DNA of 42,185 bases, taken from positions 1-42,185 of the forward strand of contig JBFWQN010000001.1 in NCBI GenBank assembly GCA_050249405.1, given 5' to 3'. This document shows, piece by piece, positions 24,216-33,103 of this stretch (position 1 is its first letter; every line of letters begins with the position of its first letter). Both the position numbers and the translations under genes were made by a program. The notes beneath the pieces are model-generated. The model ran no database searches and was not told where the DNA came from. It worked only from the letters and a program-made list of their open reading frames with translations. This DNA is from Hyphomicrobiaceae bacterium. Lineage in GTDB: Bacteria; Pseudomonadota; Alphaproteobacteria; Rhizobiales; Hyphomicrobiaceae.

Positions 24216-26375
24216 ATGACCGTGCCGGCCGCCAACGACAGGATCGCAGGACCGTTCACCGCGACCGGCGGCGAGACGGTGCTGGCCTACGACTTCCGCA
24301 TCCTGGATCAATCGGACCTCGCCGTGTGGCGGCGGCGCAGCGAGGCCGATCTGCGCCTCGCCCTCGGCGTGGACTACACGGTGACCGGCGTGGGCGCGGC
24401 CAACGGCGGCTCGGTGCTGCTCACGTCCGCGGCCGTGGCGGGCGACCAGTACATCGTCGAGGGGGCGCGGCCGCAGGGCCGCTCGACGGACCTCGTCTAT
24501 GCGCGGGCGCTTCCGGCTCCCACCATGAACGCCGAGCTCGACAGCCTGCAGATGCAGCTGGTCGAGCTGAAGGAGAAAATCGAGCGGGCCATCCTGCGCT
24601 CGCGCTTCGACGGGCCGGCGGCGACGCCGCTCGAGCTGCCGCCTTTCAAGGCCAACACGCTGATCGGCTTCGGCGACGACGCGGCGCTGCAGCTCTTCGA
24701 CCGCGACCAGGACGGCAGCGTGGTGATCACGGCCGGCGACCTGGACTTCGCCATCAAGGATCGCGACCTGTCGGCGCCGCCCGGCTCGCCCGCGGTCGGC
24801 GACCAGTACCTGGTCAAGCCTGCCGGCAGCGGCGCATGGGCGGGCAAGACCGGCAAGATGCGCTGGAGTGGCATCGGCTGGACGAACACGATCAACAAGC
24901 GCGGCCAGCTGCACTGGATCGAGGACGAGAACGCGATCTTCGCCTGGGACGGCGCCATCCTGAAGGAGGTGACGGGGCGCGGGCAGCGGGACCTGAAGCT
25001 CGTCGACTTCGGCCTCGACGAGGGCAACAGCGCGGCGACCAACACGACCGCCGTCAATGCCGCCATCGCCAGGGCCGCCGAGCTGGGCGGGGCCCGGCTG
25101 ATCGCGCCACGGGGCCTTTTCCAGTGCAACGGCTGGAACCCGATTGCCTCGAACAGCACGACGGTGCAGGGCGTCGAGCGCTTCACCGGCGGCACCGAGT
25201 TCCGCTTCAACAATGTCAGCGGCGACTGCATCACGCTGAACGAGAAGGGCCATCTGGCCGTCCGCGATCTCTACCTGACCACGAACGTCAAGCGGACGGG
25301 CGGCGCGGCCGTGAAGGTGGGCGCCAGCGCCTTCGCGGCCCGCATCGAGCGGGTGCGCGCCGACTATCACTGGAACGGCTTCGACATCGGTGCCTCGGCG
25401 CAAACGCGCATTCTCGACTGCGTGCAGCGCTACCAGCTCGGCACCTTCGGCACGCGGGCGCTCGGTGCTGCCGGCGCGGGCATCTACGGCCTGACGCTGC
25501 GTGACATCACGACCGACAATCCCTACGTGCACCCGCTCGGCGCCTATCTCGGCGACTGGCAGGCGACGACCAGCGTGTCGATCGGCGACCTGGTCAAGTC
25601 GGGCGGCCGCATCTGGCAGGCGAACAAGAACGGCGCCACCGGCTCGACGGCGCCGACGGCGATCCCCGGCACGACGCGCGGGAGCATGTTCACGACGCCG
25701 GTGGTCGACGGCTCGACGGAGTGGCTGTTCGTGTGCTCGGCGAGCCTCGCCGCGCTGCTGCAGGACAGCTACGCTTACTCGGTCTCGGCCGGCGACAGCG
25801 AGTTCATCGGCGGCGCCTACGGCTTCCTGAAGCGCGACAGCGTCAACGTCTCGGGCTCCGAGCCGAAGTGGTTCAACTCGGCGAACATGGAGACGGACCA
25901 CACGCTGTTCGACGGCGTGCGGCTGGAGGCCGGCAAAAACTTCTACGCCGACCAGGGCTGGTGGGGGTCGAGCCTCTCCGGCAACGGCTTCGTGCAGAAG
26001 TCGGGCCATAGCGGCGTGTCCATCGACGGCACCCGCATCTACGGCAACTGGTTCCACGGCATGCTGATCGAGGGCTCCGGCATTCGCCTGTCTGGCGTCG
26101 AGAGCGCCGTGAACAGCGTGGCGGACGGCGCCGGCCCGACCTTCGGCAGCTACCACGGCATCGCGTTCGCCTCGTCGGCCCGGCGCGCCCGCGTCACGGG
26201 CTGCCAGTCGGGCTGGGACCCGGACGGCTACGGCCGCCAGGGCTACGGCCTCTTCTTCGCGGCAACCTCGGACTACTGGATCGCGACGGGGAACATCCTG
26301 ATCAACAACGACACCGGCGGCTTCTCTGGCGACGTCAACGGCACGACGCGCATCGCCGCCGACAACATGACCTGA
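24216..26375 (+). CDS. Tail fibre/tailspike with right-handed beta-helix (pectate-lyase-like) domain
   Basis: 719 aa from ATG 24216. Central DFGLDEGNSAATNTTAVNAAIARAAELGGARLIAPRGLF resembles the start of Pectate_lyase_3-type tailspike domains. The preceding GDQYLVKPAGSGAWAGKTGKMRW segment resembles DUF2793. Confidence 0.7.
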   Translation: MTVPAANDRIAGPFTATGGETVLAYDFRILDQSDLAVWRRRSEADLRLALGVDYTVTGVGAANGGSVLLTSAAVAGDQYIVEGARPQGRSTDLVYARALPAPTMNAELDSLQMQLVELKEKIERAILRSRFDGPAATPLELPPFKANTLIGFGDDAALQLFDRDQDGSVVITAGDLDFAIKDRDLSAPPGSPAVGDQYLVKPAGSGAWAGKTGKMRWSGIGWTNTINKRGQLHWIEDENAIFAWDGAILKEVTGRGQRDLKLVDFGLDEGNSAATNTTAVNAAIARAAELGGARLIAPRGLFQCNGWNPIASNSTTVQGVERFTGGTEFRFNNVSGDCITLNEKGHLAVRDLYLTTNVKRTGGAAVKVGASAFAARIERVRADYHWNGFDIGASAQTRILDCVQRYQLGTFGTRALGAAGAGIYGLTLRDITTDNPYVHPLGAYLGDWQATTSVSIGDLVKSGGRIWQANKNGATGSTAPTAIPGTTRGSMFTTPVVDGSTEWLFVCSASLAALLQDSYAYSVSAGDSEFIGGAYGFLKRDSVNVSGSEPKWFNSANMETDHTLFDGVRLEAGKNFYADQGWWGSSLSGNGFVQKSGHSGVSIDGTRIYGNWFHGMLIEGSGIRLSGVESAVNSVADGAGPTFGSYHGIAFASSARRARVTGCQSGWDPDGYGRQGYGLFFAATSDYWIATGNILINNDTGGFSGDVNGTTRIAADNMT

Positions 26376-26382
26376 GGGGCCC

Positions 26383-27165
26383 ATGCGCTGGATGGATGTG
26401 GCCTGGACGCAGCAGGGCATCGCCGAGACGAGCGGATCGGCATCGACGCCGGCCATCGTCGAGTATTTCCGGGAGTGCGGCCATCCCGAGGTGGTGACCG
26501 ACGAGACGCCCTGGTGCGCGGTGTTCGTCGGCGCATGCCTGGAGCGGGCGGGCATCCGCTCGACGCGCTCGATGGCGGCCAAGTCCTACGAGAAATTCGG
26601 CACCGAGCTGCCGCTCGAGCCGCCGCGCGTCGGCGCCGTCGCCGTGCTGCGCTTCGCGGACGGCAACCAGCACGTGGGCTTCGTGGCCGGCGCCACCCCG
26701 ACGACCGTGGCGCTGCTCGGCGGCAACCAGAAGGACGCCGTCAACGTCACGCACTTCAAGCTGTCGACGCTGGTCGCCCTGCGCTGGCCGGAGCCGGAGG
26801 CCGACGCCAAGTCGCTGATGCAGGCGGGCAGCCGCACGGTGACGGCCGCGGTCGAGCAGATGCGCGACGCCGGCAAGGCGACCGTGGCGCTCGCCAGCGG
26901 CCTCGGCGCCAGCATCGCCACGCCGGACCCAAAGCCGGCCAAGGCCGTGATCGGCCGCGCGACCGACCTCATGACCGATGCCGCCTCGATCGAGAAGTTC
27001 GCGCTGTTCGCGCTGTCCAAGTGGCCGTATCTCGCCGCCGCGCTCGCAGCCTGGTTCCTCGCCCGCATCGCGGTGAAGGCCGGCTGGATCGTGGAGGCTC
27101 GCGTCGAGGATCACAACACCGGCGCCAATCCGTCCCGCGCGGGCGCCCAGCCAGCGCAGGGGTGA
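26383..27165 (+). CDS. Peptidoglycan hydrolase (TIGR02594 / CHAP-NlpC-P60-like) with C-terminal transmembrane segment; candidate endolysin
   Basis: W..QGIAETSGS..TPAIVEYF...DETPWCAVFVGACLERAG...GAVAVL......HVGFV.....T.VALLGGNQ matches the TIGR02594 pattern. The hydrophobic helix LFALSKWPYLAAALAAWFLARIAV lies near the C-terminus. Spanin genes follow. Confidence 0.7.
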   Translation: MRWMDVAWTQQGIAETSGSASTPAIVEYFRECGHPEVVTDETPWCAVFVGACLERAGIRSTRSMAAKSYEKFGTELPLEPPRVGAVAVLRFADGNQHVGFVAGATPTTVALLGGNQKDAVNVTHFKLSTLVALRWPEPEADAKSLMQAGSRTVTAAVEQMRDAGKATVALASGLGASIATPDPKPAKAVIGRATDLMTDAASIEKFALFALSKWPYLAAALAAWFLARIAVKAGWIVEARVEDHNTGANPSRAGAQPAQG

Positions 27166-27166
27166 C

Positions 27167-27409
27167 ATGCTTGCCGTCGTTCTCAGGTTTCTGACCGGCC
27201 CTCTCGGCGGCATCGCCGCGGCCGGAGCCGTCGTCGTCGGTCTCGTGGCGTCCTTCGCGTACCAGCAGCAATCGGTCGGCGCCCGCAAGCTCGAGGCGCG
27301 TACGGAGAAAGCCAATGTCGAGATCCGCCGCCGCGCTGACAGCGCCGCTCGCAAGTCTGTCGATCCTGCTGCTGGCGGGCTGCGCAACCCGTACTACCGA
27401 GCCGACTAG
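27167..27409 (+). CDS. Putative i-spanin (short; N-terminal TM then charged helix)
   Basis: 80 aa with an N-terminal hydrophobic segment. The next lipoprotein gene starts inside it in another frame, which is the overlapped spanin architecture. Confidence 0.5.
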   Translation: MLAVVLRFLTGPLGGIAAAGAVVVGLVASFAYQQQSVGARKLEARTEKANVEIRRRADSAARKSVDPAAGGLRNPYYRAD

Positions 27410-27668
27410 CCTCAGCGCCGCCCAGACCGCGACGGCCATCGGCCACGTGCGGCCATCCGCCAAGGACACGTGCGAGACGCAGGTGCAGGTGGCGGAGCAG
27501 TCGTCGCGCATCGCCACCATCGCGACCGGGAAGGAGACGGTCTACAAGCCCGCCTGCGCTCCGGCCGCGGACAAGAAAGCGCCGGAGGCGAAGCCGGAGC
27601 CGAAGAAGGTGGCCCGCTGGAGCGAGCCGCTGCCGATCGAGACGGCCAGCGCACGCGACACGCGGTAG
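27315..27668 (+). CDS. Putative o-spanin (outer-membrane lipoprotein)
   Basis: Signal peptide with lipobox LLAGC. GGAGAAAG RBS. Overlaps the 3' third of the 27167 gene out of frame. Pro/Lys-rich. Confidence 0.6.
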   Translation: MSRSAAALTAPLASLSILLLAGCATRTTEPTSLSAAQTATAIGHVRPSAKDTCETQVQVAEQSSRIATIATGKETVYKPACAPAADKKAPEAKPEPKKVARWSEPLPIETASARDTR

Positions 27669-27671
27669 CCC

Positions 27672-30020
27672 ATGCCCAGCGTCGACATCAACCGGCTCAC
27701 CTCGCGCTCGGTCAGCGGCCTGATCCGCCTGGCCCAGTACGTGCACCCGACGCACACGCTCGAGGACATGTCGGCGCCGGGCTACTGGAACGCCGCCTGG
27801 TCGGCGCTGCCGAAGTCGACGTTCCTCGACATCATCGCGCAGGCCGACGGCGTCGGCGACCGCGCCTCGGCGCTGGTGCTGTCCTCGTCGGAGAAGCTCG
27901 GCGTGGTCGTCGGGCAGGCCGTGAGGCTCGACAGCGGCCACTTCGTGCAGGCCGGTCTCGGCGCGCAGCCCCGCACGTTCCAGGACAAGCTGCGCGAGAC
28001 CCTCTCGATCCGCGACTTCGGCGCCATCATGGATGGCACCAGCCACACGCTGGCCGAGGGCTACAGCACGCTCTCGGCGGCGCAGGCGGCCTATCCGTTC
28101 GCGCACTCTCTCGACATGGAGGTCGATCTGGCGGCGGCGCAGGCCGCGGTCTATGCCGCACGCGACCAGGGCGGTGGCGTCGTCTATGTGCCGCAGGGCA
28201 CGGCCATCTTCTCCGCGCCTCCTGGCTACTCGACGAGCCCGAGCACCATCCGCATCTGCTCGCTCGATCTCGGCGTCGACAACGTGCTGCTGGTCGGCGA
28301 GGGCGATGCAAGCCACATCAAGCTGCGCGAGGGCGGCGTCTACGGCGCCATCCAGATGGTGCAGCGGCCGCTGGTCAACGGCCTGCCGGCCATCGAGCGG
28401 TCCGGCATCATCGGGCTGCAGGTGGATGGCAGCTACGACCAGTCGACAGGCTCGTTCTCGATCGGGCAGCCGCTGGTCTATGCCGTCGGCACGGTCGACT
28501 GCCTGTTCGACGATTTCTGGTTCCATTCCTCGTCGCACTACACGCTCGGCATGCAGAATGGCGGGCACATCGGCACGCGCGTCACGCGGGGCTACCTCGA
28601 GAAGTCCAATCAGGATGGCATCGACCTGAAAAACAACGAGAGCCGCAATGCCGGCATCGTGTTCGACGACCTGATCTTCTCGAAGTGCGGGCGCGGCGTG
28701 TCGCCGTCGGCGCCGTTTGCGTGTCTCGACATCGACAGCTTCGGCGTCACCGTCTCGAACATCCAGATCCTCGACTTCCCGGAGGACGAGGGCGCCACGG
28801 TGCAGGCCGGTGTGCGCCTGAAGCAGGGCCTGGCCGGAGACCGGCTGGACCGCGGCGACGGCGCGCTCTACGCCAACGTCAGCGCCGTGACGGCCATCCG
28901 CCAGCCGGCGGCGACGACGGGCGACAGCGCCATCTCGTGCAACACGGCCTTTGCGACCGTGCACGGCGCCAAGGCGCTCGGCGCCTTCCCGAAGGCGTTC
29001 GACATCCAGCAGCCGTGCCGGGTGTCCGGCCTAGTGGCCGACGGCGCCGAGGTCGGCTGCAACGTGCGCACTATCTCCGGCGCCGCTGCCACGACGCGCA
29101 CCGCCACGATCAGCATCGCCGACCCGGCCGTCTTCTCGGCGAGCGCGCATGGGCTGGTCAAGGACGATGCGGTGCGCCTGACGACGACGGGCGACCTTCC
29201 GACCGGGCTGGCGACGGGCAAGATCTACTACGTGCTGCAGGACGGCCTCACGGCCGACGCCTTCAAGCTGTCGGCGACGGCCGGCGGGCCGGCCATCGCC
29301 ACGTCCGGCACGCAGTCCGGCACGCACACGGTCGCGGGGCCGATCGAGCCGTACCTGTATCTGGCGGGCGGCGCCTACGTCGACATCGACGGCTTCTCGG
29401 CCCGGAATTGCGGCACGGCCATCGCCACGACGCGGCCGGAGACGCGGATGTCGAGCCTGCTCATCGACAGCTGCGCCATCGGCATCGACTATGCGTCGTC
29501 GGCGCCGAGCGGCGGGCACGAGAACGCCGTGTTCCTGAACACGACGACGCCGGTGCGCGTCAACGGCTCGGCCTTCCCGACGTCCTCGACGCTCGTGTTT
29601 GAGGACGGCCTCTCCATGGTTCGTGCGCGCTCGATCAAGCAGCGCCTCGAGACCAACTTCAACGCCGGCGCCTTCGAGTACCTGTTCCGCTCCGACCCGG
29701 CCGCCGCGAAGAAGGTGCGGTTCCGATCGACGACGGACGAGAGCAACACGCCGAAAGCCGCGGGCCTGCTGGGCTTCGTCTTCGAGGTGCTCGGCACGCA
29801 GGCCTTCGACATCGACAGCGATATGAACATCGTGCTCGGCGCGTTGGCGCAGCTCGCGGCCGGCGCCAGCAACGGCTTCACCTACATCCCGACCATTGCC
29901 GCGGCGCCCTCGGGCACGCCGACGGCCAAGACGGGCAAGGTGGCGCTGGCCTTCGAGCCATCGTCCAACAAGCTCTGGATCTACACCGGCGGCGCCTGGC
30001 GCTATGCAACGCTGACATAA
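27672..30020 (+). CDS. Tail fibre/tailspike with pectate-lyase-like beta-helix domain
   Basis: 782 aa. IRDFGAIMDGTSHTLAEGY...AAVYAARDQGGGVVYVPQGTAIFS resembles a Pectate_lyase_3 start. The N-terminal ~60 aa are shared with the 6029 and 30031 proteins. Confidence 0.75.
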   Translation: MPSVDINRLTSRSVSGLIRLAQYVHPTHTLEDMSAPGYWNAAWSALPKSTFLDIIAQADGVGDRASALVLSSSEKLGVVVGQAVRLDSGHFVQAGLGAQPRTFQDKLRETLSIRDFGAIMDGTSHTLAEGYSTLSAAQAAYPFAHSLDMEVDLAAAQAAVYAARDQGGGVVYVPQGTAIFSAPPGYSTSPSTIRICSLDLGVDNVLLVGEGDASHIKLREGGVYGAIQMVQRPLVNGLPAIERSGIIGLQVDGSYDQSTGSFSIGQPLVYAVGTVDCLFDDFWFHSSSHYTLGMQNGGHIGTRVTRGYLEKSNQDGIDLKNNESRNAGIVFDDLIFSKCGRGVSPSAPFACLDIDSFGVTVSNIQILDFPEDEGATVQAGVRLKQGLAGDRLDRGDGALYANVSAVTAIRQPAATTGDSAISCNTAFATVHGAKALGAFPKAFDIQQPCRVSGLVADGAEVGCNVRTISGAAATTRTATISIADPAVFSASAHGLVKDDAVRLTTTGDLPTGLATGKIYYVLQDGLTADAFKLSATAGGPAIATSGTQSGTHTVAGPIEPYLYLAGGAYVDIDGFSARNCGTAIATTRPETRMSSLLIDSCAIGIDYASSAPSGGHENAVFLNTTTPVRVNGSAFPTSSTLVFEDGLSMVRARSIKQRLETNFNAGAFEYLFRSDPAAAKKVRFRSTTDESNTPKAAGLLGFVFEVLGTQAFDIDSDMNIVLGALAQLAAGASNGFTYIPTIAAAPSGTPTAKTGKVALAFEPSSNKLWIYTGGAWRYATLT

Positions 30021-30030
30021 GGAAAGCTTT

Positions 30031-32385
30031 ATGGCCCAGGTCGATATGGCGAAACTCTCGTCGCGGCACATGGCGGCCGGCATTCGCACGGCGCACTACG
30101 TGCACGAGACGCACACGCTGGAGGCGATGGCGCAGCCCGGATACTGGGATGCCGCGCACATGGTGCTGCCTCGCAGCACCATGCTCGAGGTCGCTGGAGC
30201 CGGCGGCATGAGAGCCTCGGGCGTCGTGACGGCCTCGGACCGTGTCAACGGCGTGTCGGTGGAGCTCAATCTCGACGGCGGCTCGCGCAAGCTCGGCGAC
30301 GGCGGCCCGGCTGGCGGCCCCTACGCGGGCCAGATCGTGCTGGCCGAGCGGTGCCCGCGCATCTCGCGCTGGCTCGGCGGCTGGATCTTCAGTCCGGCCA
30401 CCGACGAGCACATCCTGATCGAGCAGATCGGCACCGGGCATATCATGTCGAAGGGCGCCATGATCATCGCGCGCCGCAGCCAGGACGGCGGCGACACGCT
30501 GCAGGGCATGCAGACGCTGTTCTCGCGCGCGTCGGACCCATACATCCGGGCAAACTACTGGATGCGGCTGCCGAACGGGCAGATCATCGGTTTGGTCGTG
30601 ACCGGGGACAACGGCTCGCGCAAGTTGTGGAAGGGAAAGGCGCCTGGCACGGCGCTGACCGGCATCACGTGGGCCGAGGCAACGGCCGAGGTGGGCAATA
30701 TCGAGACGTTCGTTTACGGCCGCATGAAACCGCTTCCGGCCATCGCGGGTGGCCACGACACGCTCGGCGCCTATATCACCAGCTACGGCGGCGCCTCGCT
30801 CGACATCAAGCTGCTCTATACGCAGAATGCCGGCGACACTTGGGCGGCACGAGTGCTCAAAACGGCGTCAGGCCTTCCCGGCGCGCCGCAGGAGGCGACG
30901 CTCGAGCGGCTCAGCAACGGCTACTGGTTCATGGCCTGCCGGACCACGGCTAACGGCAATGCCTGGGGCTGCATTGCGCCGCCCGACATGAGCGTATTCG
31001 GGCCGTGGATCGACCTGGGCGTGCCGCTCGGAAGCAATATCGTCGAGGCCTACGCCGACGGTGCGCGCTTGGATTTCGTCGTGTTCTATCGTGACGGCTT
31101 CCCGGGCTCGGTCGATGACAACTCCATCGTGCAGTGGTCGGCGCTGGCCGACGACATCGTGGCCGATCCGACGGTGATCGGCCGCTCGCAGCGCTCTCTC
31201 GTGTGCACGCTGCCGAACCGCATGATCGGCTATCCGGTCTCGACGCGGCGGATCAACGCAGACGGCACGCCCGGCCCGTGGTCCCACGCAGTCCTGGCGC
31301 AGCAGGGGCCGGCGACGACGGACCCGACCGGCGATAATGCTGGATCGGGCGCGAGCCTGGTGCTGATCCGCCAGATCCCCGGCGCGGTGGCCGGCGTGAT
31401 GGCGGCCGACAACACCGTGCAGCACATCACCAACCCGACATTCGACATCTGGCCGCGCGGCACCTCGTTCGGCCCGACGCAGACGGGCCAGGTCACGGCC
31501 GGGCGCTGGTACATGAACCCGTCCGGCGCCGACCTGACGGTCAGCCGCGTGGCCGTGCCGGACGCCGTTCGCTATGCGCTGCCGTTCGGCGGCGCGTTCG
31601 GCATGCGTCTGCAGAACCCTGGCTCGCCAAACGACTACGCGGGCGTGTGGCAGGGCTGGACCGGAGACGACGCCGGCCCCAAGGCAATCGAGCTTGCCAA
31701 CCGTCAGCAAATGACGGTGCGCATTGGCGGCTGGGGCACGCCTCCACTCGATCTGCGCACCACATTTCTGATCAACGGGACGAGCGCGTTGCGCTCGGCA
31801 AGCCCGCAGTTCTTCCCGGACCCGCAAGGCATCGAGGGCGATGCGCCGTGGCTGGCCGACGTCGAGATCCGTACCAAAAGCCTGGAGCAGCTCTCGATCG
31901 CCGAGGATGCCGTCACGTCGTGCGACCTGGCCATCGACAGCGGGCGGCTCAACGTCGAGTTCGACTTGAAGCTGGCGGGCGTTCTGATGATCACCGGGCC
32001 GGCGCCGCTCGAGGTGCCGATGCCGAGACCCGAGGTGACGATCCCGGCGGTGGAGCGGTACTTCGAGCGGGTCGGCACTGCCGCATCGCAACCGGTGGCG
32101 GCGGGGCATGCCCGCACGTCAGGAATTTTCTGGGGCACGATCAACTACGCACGGAAGGTGAAAAACCCGACGATCACGGTCAGCGGCGCCAGCGATTTCC
32201 ATGCGCGAGCTGGCGGTAGTGACTTCGTCGGCACGGCCTTGTCCGTGGTCAACGCCGGTCGATCGGCAGCTCGAGCGGCGCTGACGATCACGGGCACGAT
32301 GACAACGGGCCATGGCGGCGAGATCGAGGTTGTTACCTCGCCGCCATCCACCGCGCCCTTCATCGAGATCAGCTGCGGCCGATGA
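30031..32385 (+). CDS. Tail fibre/receptor-binding protein with possible sialidase/BNR-type beta-propeller
   Basis: 784 aa with AAGGAAAG RBS and the shared N-terminal module. Two Asp-box-like motifs: SQDGGDTL (30478-30501) and TQNAGDTW (30820-30843). Confidence 0.7.
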   Translation: MAQVDMAKLSSRHMAAGIRTAHYVHETHTLEAMAQPGYWDAAHMVLPRSTMLEVAGAGGMRASGVVTASDRVNGVSVELNLDGGSRKLGDGGPAGGPYAGQIVLAERCPRISRWLGGWIFSPATDEHILIEQIGTGHIMSKGAMIIARRSQDGGDTLQGMQTLFSRASDPYIRANYWMRLPNGQIIGLVVTGDNGSRKLWKGKAPGTALTGITWAEATAEVGNIETFVYGRMKPLPAIAGGHDTLGAYITSYGGASLDIKLLYTQNAGDTWAARVLKTASGLPGAPQEATLERLSNGYWFMACRTTANGNAWGCIAPPDMSVFGPWIDLGVPLGSNIVEAYADGARLDFVVFYRDGFPGSVDDNSIVQWSALADDIVADPTVIGRSQRSLVCTLPNRMIGYPVSTRRINADGTPGPWSHAVLAQQGPATTDPTGDNAGSGASLVLIRQIPGAVAGVMAADNTVQHITNPTFDIWPRGTSFGPTQTGQVTAGRWYMNPSGADLTVSRVAVPDAVRYALPFGGAFGMRLQNPGSPNDYAGVWQGWTGDDAGPKAIELANRQQMTVRIGGWGTPPLDLRTTFLINGTSALRSASPQFFPDPQGIEGDAPWLADVEIRTKSLEQLSIAEDAVTSCDLAIDSGRLNVEFDLKLAGVLMITGPAPLEVPMPRPEVTIPAVERYFERVGTAASQPVAAGHARTSGIFWGTINYARKVKNPTITVSGASDFHARAGGSDFVGTALSVVNAGRSAARAALTITGTMTTGHGGEIEVVTSPPSTAPFIEISCGR

Positions 32386-32777
32386 GCCTCGAGGATCGGG
32401 TCGGCCAGGTCGAGCGCGAGCAAGTCCGCCAAGGCGAGCAGCTCGGCAGGCTGTCGGCCGAGCTCGGCGCCGTGCGCACGTCGGTCGCCGATGTCGGCAC
32501 GGATGTGAAGAAGCTGCTCGAGCGCGAGGCGCGGCGGCCTGGCGTGCCGACCCTGCAGACGGTTGCTGTCACCTGCGCGGCGCTGGCGTCAATCGCGGGC
32601 GTCGTCTGGTGGCTGATCGGCGCGTCGCCGGCCGTCCAAGAGTTGCAGGTGCGTCTCGGGCGGCTGGATGATCCGATCGTCGGCCGCGTGCCACGCATCG
32701 AGCGCCAAGTCGAGACGCTCACCGGATGGGGCGCCACGATCAGCAAGGGGCGTACAAAAGTCGGAAACGCGCCGTAG
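32382..32777 (+). CDS. Hypothetical coiled-coil protein with one TM helix (last prophage gene; holin or fibre-assembly role possible)
   Basis: 131 aa. ATGA overlap with the fibre gene stop. Hydrophobic segment VAVTCAALASIAGVVWWLIGA. Confidence 0.55.
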   Translation: MSLEDRVGQVEREQVRQGEQLGRLSAELGAVRTSVADVGTDVKKLLEREARRPGVPTLQTVAVTCAALASIAGVVWWLIGASPAVQELQVRLGRLDDPIVGRVPRIERQVETLTGWGATISKGRTKVGNAP

Positions 32778-32837
32778 CCGAAAAGTCGGACGTTCTAGTT
32801 AAGTTCCAGGTCAGCGCACCTAAGCCATTGATTTTAT

Positions 32838-32913
<76 letters not shown>

Positions 32914-33103
32914 ATCTTTTCAAGGAGTTGGCCCCTTGGGTCAGGATGCAGTCCTGGCCAGTCTGCCGTTTCCCGGATCGGGCCTCAGGCCTGAAGGCCT
33001 TCAAGCAACCGCAGCCTCTGCCGGCCTTGCGCCCGTCAGGGAACCAAGGCGCGTGTCTATATATAGTTTGCAGGGCCGCGTCCACTGTCCTTGGCCCGAA
33101 CCG

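Larger units (their letters stand above)
1..32837. mobile_element. Integrated podovirus-like prophage, right-hand portion (left end outside window), ending next to tRNA-Lys
   Basis: Continuous phage gene order (terminase, portal, scaffold, capsid, adaptor, nozzle, internal proteins, regulatory island, tail fibres, lysis). It stops about 60 nt from the 3' end of a tRNA gene, and host housekeeping genes start beyond the tRNA. Confidence 0.85.

Noticed and set aside
18211-32385. Gin/Cin-type invertible tail-fibre switch driven by the resolvase-like gene
   Set aside because: The protein appears to lack the catalytic serine and lies more than 5 kb from the fibre genes. No inverted-repeat crossover sites or oppositely oriented alternative fibre C-termini were seen.
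24216-32800. Diversity-generating retroelement, as in BPP-1-like phages
   Set aside because: No reverse transcriptase-like ORF is present. No template/variable repeat pair was visible near the C-termini of the fibre genes or in the downstream spacer.
33055-33064. Perfect AT palindrome CTATATATAG between tRNA-Lys and folK
   Set aside because: It could be a -10 element or a binding site. However, no convincing -35 at proper spacing was found on either strand, so a single 10-mer is insufficient.
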